64,000 bases of DNA from positions 339,033-403,032 of the forward strand of contig CAZCGN010000001.1 of the NCBI GenBank assembly GCA_964498285.1. The letters are read 5' to 3'. The notes under the pieces were generated by a model, which was not told where the DNA came from, ran no database searches, and worked only from the letters and a program-made list of their open reading frames with translations. This stretch comes from an uncultured Methanosarcinales archaeon (GTDB lineage: Archaea; Nanobdellota; Nanobdellia; Woesearchaeales; GW2011-AR9). The position numbers were made by a program, and so were the translations under genes. Positions 27,622-37,856 of the stretch are shown piece by piece (the stretch's first letter is position 1; every line of letters begins with the position of its first letter).

Positions 27622-28890
27622 CTATCCAAAAAAAGATGGATCAGAATATTCATCTACCTCTAAACGGTTTACTTTCTCGATTGCGTTTGTAAAATCTCCA
27701 TGAAGAACATGATCTCGCGCCTCACGTATTGCAAAGTATCCTGCTTCAGTACACACGGCGCGTATCTCAGCTCCCGTAAACCCGTCTGTTTGTTCAACGA
27801 TACTTTTGAGTTTTACTTTGTTTAGATTCATAGATGCCGTATGAACCCTTAAAATTTCGCTCCTGCCAGTGGCATCAGGAACGCCAACTTCAATCAATCT
27901 ATCGAGCCTTCCTGGCCTAATAATTGCAGTATCCAAAATATCTTTTCTATTTGTTGCTGCAATAACTTTTATGTTTCCAAGTGGTTCAAACCCATCAAGT
28001 TCAGCAAGAAGTTGCATGAATGTTCTATTTACTTCCCTCTCACCAGATGTTCCTGTTTCCATTCTGGTTGCTGCAAGGGCATCTATTTCATCAATAAAAA
28101 TGATTGAAGGTGCTTTACGCCGTGCAAGAGCAAAAATCTCTTTAACGAGTTTTGAACCTTCACCAATGAACTTTTGTACAAGTTCTGAGCCTACTACCTC
28201 AATAAACGTTGCATTTGTACTATGCGCAACAGCCTTTGCAAGAAGCGTTTTTCCCGTTCCAGGAGGACCATACAACAATACTCCTTTCGGTGGAGTTATA
28301 CCCACCTTTTCAAATAGTTCTGGCTTGTTAAGAGGTAGTTCAATCACTTCTTTAATTTCAGAGATTTCTCGTTTGAGTCCGCCAATATTTTTCCAACTCT
28401 CGGTTGGCTTTTCCATTATAACATATTTTTCAACTTCAAACGTATCGGAAAGGTCTATCTTCTCAACGATGTTCAAAGATTTTTGTTCAACAAGAACCGT
28501 ATCGCCCTGTATTACTTCACCCAACGAATCAGAAAGATACGAATAAAATTTGTTGCCGTTTGAAAGACGAATAACAGCTTTATCCCCACCGTATATACTC
28601 ACAACTTCGGCAACTAATAACGCCGGCTTTCGAATGTTTTCAAGCTCTCCATGCGTTTTGTTAAATAATGCGCGAAGTAAAGTTGCTTCTTCTTCAAGGC
28701 GGACTAAAGAGTTGTTAAGAGTCTTGTTTTCTTCTTCAAGTTTTCCAAGATACTTTGCAGAAACCGGAGTAGTATATTCTGGTTGATCAACTTGAAGCGT
28801 AAAGGAGTCTTCCAACGATTGCTCTGCCTGTTCTACTGTCTTTTTTCTACTACCTGTTCCTGGTCCCTTCTCCGTTGCCATTAAGAGCAT
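27622..28890 (-). CDS. pan: Proteasome-activating nucleotidase-like AAA+ ATPase
   Basis: N-terminal coiled coil, OB domain, Walker A GPPGTGKTLLAKAVA, Walker B IIFIDEIDA, second region of homology. Confidence 0.85.
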   Translation of the reverse strand: MLLMATEKGPGTGSRKKTVEQAEQSLEDSFTLQVDQPEYTTPVSAKYLGKLEEENKTLNNSLVRLEEEATLLRALFNKTHGELENIRKPALLVAEVVSIYGGDKAVIRLSNGNKFYSYLSDSLGEVIQGDTVLVEQKSLNIVEKIDLSDTFEVEKYVIMEKPTESWKNIGGLKREISEIKEVIELPLNKPELFEKVGITPPKGVLLYGPPGTGKTLLAKAVAHSTNATFIEVVGSELVQKFIGEGSKLVKEIFALARRKAPSIIFIDEIDALAATRMETGTSGEREVNRTFMQLLAELDGFEPLGNIKVIAATNRKDILDTAIIRPGRLDRLIEVGVPDATGRSEILRVHTASMNLNKVKLKSIVEQTDGFTGAEIRAVCTEAGYFAIREARDHVLHGDFTNAIEKVNRLEVDEYSDPSFFG

Positions 28891-28936
28891 ATAGGATCCT
28901 TTTTACTTTAAAAAACTACCGAAAAAAAGATGAGAA

Positions 28937-29152
28937 TTAGAAAATTGCTAAAATAAAACCCTTCAAAAACTCCCACACCCCAGTAAGCGTCACGCCAAAT
29001 AAAAAGAAGAGAACTAAAATCCCTATAAGGATCATGAAGAAAAAGTGAAACGCATGAGAAAGTATCCTACTCATAAGTGAGATAACAATAACTGCTATTA
29101 AGATAACCACTAATGTTGTGACAACGCCCATAGGCCTTGATAAAGGAAACAA
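28937..29152 (-). CDS. Small 2-TM membrane protein
   Basis: Two hydrophobic segments. I recognise no family. Confidence 0.4.
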   Translation of the reverse strand: MFPLSRPMGVVTTLVVILIAVIVISLMSRILSHAFHFFFMILIGILVLFFLFGVTLTGVWEFLKGFILAIF

Positions 29153-29184
29153 GATTTATATTATTTTGGGTGGGAAAAGACCAT

Positions 29185-29910
29185 CTACTTTCTTTTCAGA
29201 AATCCAAGGAGTGATACTTTACGTTTACGTGGTTTTGCGGCAGATAAATTTGAATTATTTTTCTGTTCTTGCAAGAATTGTTTAATGTGTGTATTTATCT
29301 GGGCATCGATCTGGTTTTTATGCGGATACAAATTTTCTAAGTGTTTAAATTTTGGTGAGTGATATGAATTACGTGAGCCTCGATGCTCAAACTGTAATTT
29401 TTTATGGAGCAGCTCATGGTACATCAATAAATCAAGCATCTGGTCTTGCGCATTTTCAAATACTCGTGAAACGCTCACAGTGTTAGAATGAAAATTGTAA
29501 CATGCTAATTTACGTGTTGAATGACGTCCCCACTCAACGTTTGGTTTTTCTAGTGACCCTGCAAAAAATTCATTGTTGACTCTTTTGAAACTTGCATCTA
29601 AGATAGGGTCAGTTTTTGTGACAACAGAATATTTTGAAATGCTACGAACAAAATTATTGTAAAGCTCGATGTTTGGTGTTTGGTGTTTTTCTCCCTTGAA
29701 AAGTTTACGCAAAAGAAATTGAATAAGGCCTATTTTAATTTCAGCGTCAACCGGCTTCCATTTCAGATTCATCTTAAGAACGATTTTTTTTTTGCGAAGT
29801 GTGATGTTTGCATTAAAATCTGAAAGGCGTCGGTTGTAAAATATTTCTGTTTGGTAGGAGAACTCTTTTGAAGGGTACAGACGTATGAACGCCTCATAAA
29901 TAAGATCCAT
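29185..29910 (-). CDS. SprT-like zinc metallopeptidase-domain protein with basic C-terminal tail
   Basis: RVNNEFFAGSLEKPNVEW ... LLMYHELLHKKL (HExxH) ... YHSPKFKHL, arranged as in SprT-like domains. Confidence 0.55.
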   Translation of the reverse strand: MDLIYEAFIRLYPSKEFSYQTEIFYNRRLSDFNANITLRKKKIVLKMNLKWKPVDAEIKIGLIQFLLRKLFKGEKHQTPNIELYNNFVRSISKYSVVTKTDPILDASFKRVNNEFFAGSLEKPNVEWGRHSTRKLACYNFHSNTVSVSRVFENAQDQMLDLLMYHELLHKKLQFEHRGSRNSYHSPKFKHLENLYPHKNQIDAQINTHIKQFLQEQKNNSNLSAAKPRKRKVSLLGFLKRK

Positions 29911-29954
29911 GACTTAGCGAAAAGTGATAACAAGTTTATAAGAATTTAGAAGTT

Positions 29955-31058
29955 CTAATGCAACGGAAACCGCAAGATTGCTGCAATACCGCCGAGTTGC
30001 TCAAGTTGTACTCCTTCTCTGGTTTCTGTTGAGATGACTTTAATTGTCGTGTTTCCTGCTTGCGCTTTTTCTTCAAGCACATCGAGTTTTGCTTCTGGAA
30101 TACTTTCTGAGACAATAAGCAAATCGACTGCGCTCATCTCAAGTGCTCTTAGGGTTTCCGCCTCACCATACGTTATCTTTTTGATATCTTTGTTCATCAC
30201 TTCAAAGAATTTGAGCATAATTTCTTTTTCTTTGACAACTTCTTCTTGTGCGAGTAGATCTGTGCATCGATCAAGCAGTTCTTGAAGACCATGCTCGCCA
30301 GTATACGACAAATCCTTCGTTCCAATAATCTTTTTCTTAACTTCCCCCGTAAGATAATCCTTGTTCATAAAATCATGTACCGTGATTCCAGGGCCGCCCA
30401 GGATAATTCCCTTGAGGTTATTTCCCAACGGTAAGAATTGCTCTTTCATATACTCTGCTATCTTTTTGAAATGATTTTTTGCAGCACCTTCCCGAATTCG
30501 CGCGAAACGTTGAGATGACTGGCCACCAGCCCTCGTTTTTCCAGGAACCTCACTGTGCGTTTTTTGTAGCGGCAAAATAGTTTTACCTTTCAAAAGTGCA
30601 ATGGTAGCATCGCGTCTATCAAGTACAACAAGACCGTACACATCATGTTCAACGAGCATATCTTCAAGAAGTTCTGTTACAAAAACCTTATCGCACCGAT
30701 AAATCCTCATTTTAACGGGAATTGGAGGTTCAAAACTCCAAATCTTCATATCTTGCTTTCCAACTGAAGCTGCAATGTTTCCTGAAAATGCAACAAGCCC
30801 GTTTTCGGGCGTTTTCTTAAAACCTTTAAGGTGTTGAAGCATCTTTTCTAGTGCTGCTTGTACATTTTTTCGTGTAACTGCTGATTTGATGTTTGATGCT
30901 GTTCCTAACTCTTCAGAAAGATGCTGATTAATCTTATCAAGATTATATCCTGCTGGAATGTAGACTGTCACAAACTCTGTGTGAGGAGCCCTATGACTCT
31001 TTAACTCACGTACAAGACGTTTTATGCGCAGTTTTTCAGCACCACTAATTTTTGCCAC
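29955..31058 (-). CDS. prf1: Peptide chain release factor aRF1 (short, 367 aa)
   Basis: NIKS motif (GTASNIKSAV) and GGQ motif (KTRAGGQSSQRF). Confidence 0.9.
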   Translation of the reverse strand: MAKISGAEKLRIKRLVRELKSHRAPHTEFVTVYIPAGYNLDKINQHLSEELGTASNIKSAVTRKNVQAALEKMLQHLKGFKKTPENGLVAFSGNIAASVGKQDMKIWSFEPPIPVKMRIYRCDKVFVTELLEDMLVEHDVYGLVVLDRRDATIALLKGKTILPLQKTHSEVPGKTRAGGQSSQRFARIREGAAKNHFKKIAEYMKEQFLPLGNNLKGIILGGPGITVHDFMNKDYLTGEVKKKIIGTKDLSYTGEHGLQELLDRCTDLLAQEEVVKEKEIMLKFFEVMNKDIKKITYGEAETLRALEMSAVDLLIVSESIPEAKLDVLEEKAQAGNTTIKVISTETREGVQLEQLGGIAAILRFPLH

Positions 31059-31113
31059 AGTGTATTGAAGAATAGTAAGGTGTTTTTATAAAGTATTCTC
31101 TTAGAAGAATTAG

Positions 31114-31617
31114 TCACATATGATTGATCACAACACGTGCAACTTGAGATAAAGGCACCTTTTCTGCTGTATCAAAAATGAGTACTGGGACATTCATTTG
31201 GTATGCTTCATCTAAACACTCTTCAAATATTTCTGCATCCAAATTCTCGCGAACTTTTCTTCTATGATACTTGCGTCTTTCAAGCCTTCGTCGAAGCATC
31301 TTCAAATTTGAACAACGTATGACAACAACTAAATCTACAAACTCTGGCGGGAGCAAATGACCAATGTGTGTGTCAAGCACAAACACTTTCCCTTCATTTT
31401 CTTCAAGTATTTGTTCTAGAACCAATGAAAGTGCCTCAATATCAATATCATAGCACCGCTTGCTTCGATCATATGCAATAACAATCTCTGGAAAGAATTC
31501 CATTAAATCGTGAAGATCTAATCGTATGTATCGTGCGCGTCTTTCAAGCTCACGTGCTAAGTACGATTTTCCAGTTCCAGGAGTTCCAGTAATTACAATT
31601 AATTTGGACATAAACAA
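31114..31617 (-). CDS. fap7: Fap7/AK6-type adenylate kinase-like NTPase
   Basis: P-loop ITGTPGTGKSYLA and VLDTHIGHLL...VVVIRCSNLKMLRRRLERRKY...ENLDAEIFE, as in Fap7. Confidence 0.75.
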   Translation of the reverse strand: MFMSKLIVITGTPGTGKSYLARELERRARYIRLDLHDLMEFFPEIVIAYDRSKRCYDIDIEALSLVLEQILEENEGKVFVLDTHIGHLLPPEFVDLVVVIRCSNLKMLRRRLERRKYHRRKVRENLDAEIFEECLDEAYQMNVPVLIFDTAEKVPLSQVARVVINHM

Positions 31618-31646
31618 AAAGAAGTAAAAGAAGCATAAAAAGATTC

Positions 31647-32090
31647 CTATCTAAACGCAGCCTTAGCTTCCTTGGAAAAACCAAGGTAATAGAATATAAG
31701 ACCATTCACAATCAGACTAAAGAAGTTACCTACAATCGATTCTACAGCAGCTCTGCTCACAATTATTGCAAAAATTATTCCAACAACCCCTATACCTGAA
31801 AAAACGAGTGTTAAAATTCTTGCCCACCGACGACCTTTCCATAAGCCCACACCCAAGACGATATCAACTACCGCCATTGTTAAGAAAAATACCCCGACCA
31901 CAATAAGAATCGCGCTCCCTAATCCTGCTGGAAGTGGAAGGTTCACCATGAGCGGTTGCAAAAGAGAAGTTAGTGCAAACATGAGAATTGAAAGCAAAAA
32001 AAGCATTGCTGCACCAAAGAACATGAACACTGAGATGACTTTTACGCCAATGGGCATTTCTTTTACAACCATTCTTTTTCTTACAGCCAT
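31647..32090 (-). CDS. 4-TM membrane protein
   Basis: Four hydrophobic helices. 3-nt gap to the upstream ABC-2 permease gene. Confidence 0.5.
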   Translation of the reverse strand: MAVRKRMVVKEMPIGVKVISVFMFFGAAMLFLLSILMFALTSLLQPLMVNLPLPAGLGSAILIVVGVFFLTMAVVDIVLGVGLWKGRRWARILTLVFSGIGVVGIIFAIIVSRAAVESIVGNFFSLIVNGLIFYYLGFSKEAKAAFR

Positions 32091-32093
32091 CTT

Positions 32094-33824
32094 CTAATGA
32101 GTTTCCCCTCCTTTGCTCGCCTTCTCACGAGATTTTTTATGGTGCCTGTAGACAACACGATGCATGAAATGTTTGTGAAGTAAAGAGTCAACTACAAGCA
32201 CTACTAAAAACAAGATAATTATGTAAATTATCATCATAAAAATCTCGCCAGCAACACCTGCTAATGAGGTTTCAAAAATGAAGACTTTTCGGATAAGACG
32301 TTCAGTCATAACAAACGGATTATACGAAGTGAGGGTGCGAAGGCCCGCTGACATTCCTTCAATAGGTAAGATAAGGCCTGAAAGAAACAGGAATACACTA
32401 CCTGTGGAAATTGATGCGAGTATTCCTGTCTCTTCGGAGCTAAAAATGTATCCAATCACCATCCCAACAAGAGTAAAAATAAATCCTGCAAGAAGTAACA
32501 CGAGAAATAATAGAGGAAATGTAACATACGCTTCTGGAATAAATGCAAGCGCGATAAGTAAGATTACAATAAGCTGAAATATGATGATGATGATGTTTGA
32601 GAGAAGCGTTGCTAATACAAACACAATTTTTTTGACCGGAATCATAAAATTTCGAACATATGCTGGAGAGTTCTTTTCCATCATAACTAGTGTGTTACCA
32701 AGCATTATTGCAAGAAACATAACAATTAATGCTAAAAGAGAAGGAAAGGCATAATTCAAGTTGGTTCTCTCAGCACTGATTTTTTCTATCTTTGTGATGA
32801 GTGGTGCTGAAATCGTACTGGCATCTGAAACTGACAAGCTTCCAAGTGATGTCTTGAGATCTTCAAGATTCTGTGCAACTTGGGATATTGAAGCGCTTGT
32901 AGCGCCCAAACTTGAACTTATTTCTTGGCTTTCAAGAACAGCATTATTGACCGTGCTTGCAGCTGCTGCAAGCTGCTGGCTAATTGTTCCTAATTGCACT
33001 TCAAGCGAAGAAATGGCATCAGCAACACTTCCAGAACCAGATCCTTCTAACTGACTTTGTGTCCCTTCAAGATTTGATAACGCGTCTTCCAAAATGCTTT
33101 GCGCACTGGATGATCCTGAAACATTATCCAGTATGCTAAGTGCTGACTCAATATCCACTATACTTGAATTGAGTGTTCCTGAAACTGTGTTGAGAGTTCC
33201 AGAAAGTAGGGTCTCATTCTCGCTAAGGTCTGGTACATTCAAATCTAGTGCAACAAGTCCCGAACCGATTGCATTTGTAGACTCAGCAGCACTCTGGGCT
33301 TGAGTACTTAAGCTTGTGATAGTACTCTTCTCCCCTTCAATTCCCTGTTGTGTTTGACTAATTGTGCCCAAAATATCGTTCACGATTGTTTGTGAAAGTT
33401 CTGAACTTTTCAAATTAAATTCTGCTTCAAGCGCTTGTTGAATTATCCACACAAGATTAATTCGACTTTGATCCAAATAGAACGTTACTTCTTTAGGAGT
33501 ATTAGTGTTAACATCAAAGTTTTCCGGCAGAGAAAGACAGGCATGGACAGAATTAAATTTAATATCACTAACACACACATCAATTTCTTCGTACGTTACA
33601 ATTGTAAACTCTTGTGCTTGTAAAGACTCAGCAAACTGAGTTACCTCATCTGTTAACACATCAGAATGAATACCAACAGTAAGACCAAACGCAGAAGAGG
33701 TATTATATGAAAGGCCTAACAAAAGAATGATGAGAAGCGGCGCGAAGATGACAATAAGAGCCGACCCTTTAGAGCGAATAAGGAGTCGCAAATCTTTTCG
33801 TATAAGCAAGGATAAATGTTTCAT
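32094..33824 (-). CDS. ABC-2 type transporter permease with large extracytoplasmic Ser/Thr/Ala-rich helical domain (YhgE/Pip-like architecture)
   Basis: N-terminal TM, about 300-aa low-complexity helical ectodomain, C-terminal multi-TM ABC-2 domain. Downstream of the ABC ATPase. Confidence 0.7.
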   Translation of the reverse strand: MKHLSLLIRKDLRLLIRSKGSALIVIFAPLLIILLLGLSYNTSSAFGLTVGIHSDVLTDEVTQFAESLQAQEFTIVTYEEIDVCVSDIKFNSVHACLSLPENFDVNTNTPKEVTFYLDQSRINLVWIIQQALEAEFNLKSSELSQTIVNDILGTISQTQQGIEGEKSTITSLSTQAQSAAESTNAIGSGLVALDLNVPDLSENETLLSGTLNTVSGTLNSSIVDIESALSILDNVSGSSSAQSILEDALSNLEGTQSQLEGSGSGSVADAISSLEVQLGTISQQLAAAASTVNNAVLESQEISSSLGATSASISQVAQNLEDLKTSLGSLSVSDASTISAPLITKIEKISAERTNLNYAFPSLLALIVMFLAIMLGNTLVMMEKNSPAYVRNFMIPVKKIVFVLATLLSNIIIIIFQLIVILLIALAFIPEAYVTFPLLFLVLLLAGFIFTLVGMVIGYIFSSEETGILASISTGSVFLFLSGLILPIEGMSAGLRTLTSYNPFVMTERLIRKVFIFETSLAGVAGEIFMMIIYIIILFLVVLVVDSLLHKHFMHRVVYRHHKKSREKASKGGETH

Positions 33825-33873
33825 GGTACCAATCTATCTGTTTTTTTGTCAGGCAATATTTTTGCAAACCCAG

Positions 33874-34812
33874 TCAGGCGTTTGCAGTGATGTTCTCGAA
33901 TATTGATTTTAACGTTGGAGTGGAAAGCTCAAGGTGCGTAAGTGCTAACTGTTCACGTTCAATGAAGTTTGCAAGGTTTGTTAAAGTATGAGTAAGCTGG
34001 TTTGTGTGAATAACTAAATGGTTACTATTGTCTGTTACCTGAACGCCCAACTTATTTGCAAATGAAAGAAGGGCACCATGATGTTTCCCGGTACGCAGCG
34101 TTATGGTATTTGAATCAGAGTAATACGGTTTTTTTACATCTTCTAAAAGACCTGCGCTTAACACCTGTTTGTTATGTAAGATTGCAACTTTCGTGCACAA
34201 TGTCTCAATAGTTTCTAAATCGTGAGACGCAACAACAATCGTTACTCCTTGCTTATTAACCTCATGGATCAAATGAAGAACATCTCGCTTAAGAGCAGGG
34301 TCTAAATTCAATACCGGCTCATCTAAAAAAAGAACTTTTGGCTTATGAACCAGGCTGCATGCAATATCTAATCTTTTTTGCATTCCGCCTGAAAGTTCTT
34401 CTGCTAAGTAGTCCCGGTATGCAAACAGGCCAGTAAATTTAAGGAGATTTTTTGCATTATCTAAAAGGACATGTTTCTTAAGATTATACATCTGGCCAAA
34501 ATGCATCAAATTTTCCTTAACGGTAAGCTTTGGATAAAACGAAAGACCTTGTGGATTGTACCCAAAATGTTGTTTTATCGACAAACTATGTTTATGAATA
34601 GCATGAGTTTTACCAAGTGGTGTGTGAAAACTGATTGTTCCTTCATCTGGTTCAAAAAATCCTACCATCAAATTAAGCAACGTTGATTTACCACTTCCAG
34701 AAACGCCAATTATTCCAAAGACATCATTTTCTTCTACACTCAAGTTGATGTTACTGAGAATTAACGACTTACCAAACTCTTTACTAACACCTCTTAAAGA
34801 TACAATTTCCAC
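33874..34812 (-). CDS. ABC transporter ATP-binding protein
   Basis: Walker A GVSGSGKSTLLN, signature LSGGMQKRLDIA, Walker B VLFLDEP. Confidence 0.9.
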   Translation of the reverse strand: MEIVSLRGVSKEFGKSLILSNINLSVEENDVFGIIGVSGSGKSTLLNLMVGFFEPDEGTISFHTPLGKTHAIHKHSLSIKQHFGYNPQGLSFYPKLTVKENLMHFGQMYNLKKHVLLDNAKNLLKFTGLFAYRDYLAEELSGGMQKRLDIACSLVHKPKVLFLDEPVLNLDPALKRDVLHLIHEVNKQGVTIVVASHDLETIETLCTKVAILHNKQVLSAGLLEDVKKPYYSDSNTITLRTGKHHGALLSFANKLGVQVTDNSNHLVIHTNQLTHTLTNLANFIEREQLALTHLELSTPTLKSIFENITANA

Positions 34813-34833
34813 CCTCTAATTATTATTTTCACG

Positions 34834-34841
34834 TTTATAAA
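34834..34841 (-). promoter_or_regulatory. Candidate TATA box of ABC operon
   Basis: TTTATAAA 22-29 nt upstream of the ATG at 34812. Confidence 0.45.
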
Positions 34842-34934
34842 TCTTTTCTCGAGATCTGCTTTAGAAAAAAAGCAACAGAAGTAGGTAACGATCGGATTTA
34901 AAGAAAGATACAAAAATGATTCAAACCCATAATC

Positions 34935-34942
34935 TTTATATA
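34935..34942 (+). promoter_or_regulatory. Candidate TATA box of secF-secD operon
   Basis: TTTATATA ends 27 nt upstream of the ATG at 34970. Confidence 0.5.
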
Positions 34943-34969
34943 CTGCCTAAAAGAGTTATAGGAAACTAG

Positions 34970-35866
34970 ATGAAAAAGATCAAACGCATATATGAGAAAA
35001 AATACAAGCTTCTCTTATGGATTCCATTCATTCTTCTTGTACTTGCACTTGTCCAAATTGGAACTCAGTATGCTGCAACTGGCGATTTTGTCAATAAAGG
35101 GATTAGTCTTAAGGGCGGATCAACCATCACTATCCAAGCTCATTTAAGTGACGTACAAATTGATGAAATTGATACGCTTCTTTCATCAACATTCACGCAA
35201 GGAGATATCACTTTGCGAAAACTTACCTCAGCAGGGATTACAAGCGCTCTAGCGGTAGATTCTGATGCGCAAGACGAAAGTGAACTTCGAGCACTCTTAA
35301 ACGTACTTGAAGACCATACTGGGATCTCTCAAGAAGAATTTACTGTTGAAAGGGTAGGATCATCATTAGGAGACCAATTTTTCACACAAACACTTTGGGC
35401 GCTTGCAATAGCGTTCATTTTGATGGGAATTGTTGTATTCGTTTATTTTCGTTCAGCAGTTCCTTCGCTTGCAGTTATCTTGGCTGCAGCATCAGACATC
35501 ATAATCACTCTTGCAGTATTCAATCTTACCGGAACAAAACTTTCTTCAGCTGGAATCGCAGCATTTCTCATGCTCATAGGATATTCAGTAGATACTGATA
35601 TAATGCTTTCAACAAAAATGTTGAAGCAAAAAAAGCTTGCAATAATGGATCGAGTATACGGCGCGCTTCGAACGGGCCTTACCATGTCAGCAACAACAAT
35701 CACAGCAGTTCTTATCGCATTCTTACTTGCTAAAGGGGCCATTGTAAAACAAATCATGATTATCTTACTTATTGGTCTCATCACAGACTTGGTTATGACT
35801 TGGATTCAAAACGTTGGGATCTTACGTATGTACCTAGAGAAAAAAGAGCAGAAAAAAGGAAAATAG
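34970..35866 (+). CDS. secF: Protein-export membrane protein SecF
   Basis: N-terminal TM, periplasmic domain, then the 5-TM SecD/F C-terminal domain. Adjacent to secD. Confidence 0.85.
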   Translation: MKKIKRIYEKKYKLLLWIPFILLVLALVQIGTQYAATGDFVNKGISLKGGSTITIQAHLSDVQIDEIDTLLSSTFTQGDITLRKLTSAGITSALAVDSDAQDESELRALLNVLEDHTGISQEEFTVERVGSSLGDQFFTQTLWALAIAFILMGIVVFVYFRSAVPSLAVILAAASDIIITLAVFNLTGTKLSSAGIAAFLMLIGYSVDTDIMLSTKMLKQKKLAIMDRVYGALRTGLTMSATTITAVLIAFLLAKGAIVKQIMIILLIGLITDLVMTWIQNVGILRMYLEKKEQKKGK

Positions 35867-35870
35867 AGCA

Positions 35871-37463
35871 ATGAAATCAAACCTTTCAAAAGCAATGAAA
35901 AAAACGCGTGTCGTAATCCTACTCTTTTTCGTAGCTCTTGCATTAATTGCAATTTTTTCTATTAGTCCTTCAAACTGGACCGCGGATGGTGCAGCAATTA
36001 GGTCCGTTGTGTTTAACTCAACAGCAGCGAACGCAGGGTTTGAAAACCCTGGTCAAACGCTTGCTCCTCTTGAAAGAGAAGTTATAGAAAAAGTCAATGG
36101 TGATGACATTAAAGACGCTGAAGAATTTTACACAACACTAACTGCCCTCGGTGCAGATAGAGTTGTTAGTATTCAAACAGATAGAAGCACCTATTCATTC
36201 ACAACACAAAATGTACAAGGAGACATCGGCCTTGTTGTCGAAGATGTTTCCAAAACAAACTTACGAAAAGGCCTTGACCTTGCTGGTGGAACGCGAGTTC
36301 TCCTTAGTCCAGTTGAAGAAGTGAGCGAAGATGATATGGAACTTATTGTTGGAAACTTGCAAGAAAGACTTAATGTATACGGTTTGAGTGATGTTCTTAT
36401 CACTAGAGCCTCCGATTTACAAGGAAACGAATTTATTTTAGTAGAAATTGCAGGAGCAACTGAAGAAGAAGTTGCTGATCTATTATCAAAACAAGGAAAA
36501 TTTGAAGCAAAAGTAGGCAATGAAACGGTCTTTTTTGCTGGTGGAAATGATATCACCTATGTGTGCCGTAGTGCAGATTGTTCAGGAATTAACCCACAGC
36601 ATGGGTGTGGGGCAGCAGGCGAAGGATATGCTTGTGGTTTCTTCTTTTCCATTTCGTTAAGCCCGGAAGCTGCTGAACGCCAGGCAGCAGTTACAAGCAA
36701 GCTAGACATTATAACAAGCAATGGACAACGATACCTGAGCGAAGATTTAAGTCTGCTGCTTGATGATGTTGAGGTGGACTCCTTACGCATCGGAGCTGAG
36801 CTTAAGGGAAGAGCAACAACCGATATTCAGATAACTGGTTCAGGGACAGGGATTACTGAAACTGACGCTCTTAATAATGCTCTTTCAGATATGAAAAAGT
36901 TGCAAACAATCATTGTGACCGGGTCTTTACCAGTAAAACTCGAAATTGTAAAGATGGATACAATTTCAGCTTCATTAGGAAAAGAATTCCTTGATAACAT
37001 TATTCTTGTCGCGCTCGTTGCAATCCTTTCTGTTGTTGTTGTAGTATTTACACGGTACAGAAGATTACAAATTGTAATTCCAATGGTTGCAACCATCATA
37101 TCAGAAATTATTCTGATACTCGGATTTGCAAGCCTCTTTAAGTGGCAATTAGATTTAGCTGCCATTGCAGGTATTATTATTGTTGCAGGGACAGGCGTTG
37201 ACCATCTTATTGTAATCACTGATGAAACATTGCGTGGTGAAAAAATTCATTCAATAAAACAACGTATCAAATCAGCTATGTTTATCGTTTTTGGAGCATA
37301 TTTTACTACCGTTGCTGGAATGGTTCCTCTGCTTTGGGCAGGAGCTGGTCTTTTGAAAGGGTTTGCTCTTACAACAATTGCAGGGATCTCTTTTGGAGTT
37401 CTTATTGCAAGGCCAGCATTCGCTGCATTAATTGAAGAACTTCTTAAATCAGAGGATGAATAA
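35871..37463 (+). CDS. secD: Protein-export membrane protein SecD
   Basis: Large P1 ectodomain (LDLAGGTRVLL) and the SecD/F 6-TM core. Confidence 0.85.
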   Translation: MKSNLSKAMKKTRVVILLFFVALALIAIFSISPSNWTADGAAIRSVVFNSTAANAGFENPGQTLAPLEREVIEKVNGDDIKDAEEFYTTLTALGADRVVSIQTDRSTYSFTTQNVQGDIGLVVEDVSKTNLRKGLDLAGGTRVLLSPVEEVSEDDMELIVGNLQERLNVYGLSDVLITRASDLQGNEFILVEIAGATEEEVADLLSKQGKFEAKVGNETVFFAGGNDITYVCRSADCSGINPQHGCGAAGEGYACGFFFSISLSPEAAERQAAVTSKLDIITSNGQRYLSEDLSLLLDDVEVDSLRIGAELKGRATTDIQITGSGTGITETDALNNALSDMKKLQTIIVTGSLPVKLEIVKMDTISASLGKEFLDNIILVALVAILSVVVVVFTRYRRLQIVIPMVATIISEIILILGFASLFKWQLDLAAIAGIIIVAGTGVDHLIVITDETLRGEKIHSIKQRIKSAMFIVFGAYFTTVAGMVPLLWAGAGLLKGFALTTIAGISFGVLIARPAFAALIEELLKSEDE

Positions 37464-37484
37464 CATTTTTGGATAGATAAGAAC

Positions 37485-37856
37485 ATGCAACAGACGCGTA
37501 CGCATAAAAGAGCTATCCTTGTAATGGTGTTTTGCACTCTTCTTCTAACATTAGGACAGTTTGCATGGAAAATAGGAGTAGAATTTATCGACCCTTCCGT
37601 TTGGATTAGCTTCCTTAATATCTACATGATCACAGGAATAGTGTTGTATGGAATTAGTTCTGTTCTCGTCTTGTACGCGCTTAAATATGGAGAACTAAGT
37701 ATTTTGTATCCTATCTTGGCTACCAGTTATGTGTGGGTGAGTATTCTTGCGCCAATGATTTTCAACGAAGCACTTCATGTGCTGAATGTTGTGGGTGTAC
37801 TTTCTGTTCTTGTCGGAGTTTCACTACTTGGAATGGGGGCTGCATACAATGGTTAA
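37485..37856 (+). CDS. Half-size EamA/SMR-like 4-TM protein
   Basis: Single EamA-like repeat of about 120 aa. 8-nt overlap with the next similar gene. Confidence 0.6.
   Translation: MQQTRTHKRAILVMVFCTLLLTLGQFAWKIGVEFIDPSVWISFLNIYMITGIVLYGISSVLVLYALKYGELSILYPILATSYVWVSILAPMIFNEALHVLNVVGVLSVLVGVSLLGMGAAYNG

Noticed and set aside
27869-28546. Long antisense ORFs inside well-supported genes (also 58935-59612, 12200-12688, 20474-20989, 21593-22102, 13528-13953, 35443-35784, 36191-37219)
   Set aside because: These are shadow frames opposite conserved genes. They are Ser/Phe/Leu-rich with low complexity and no recognisable domains. The sense-strand homology is unambiguous.
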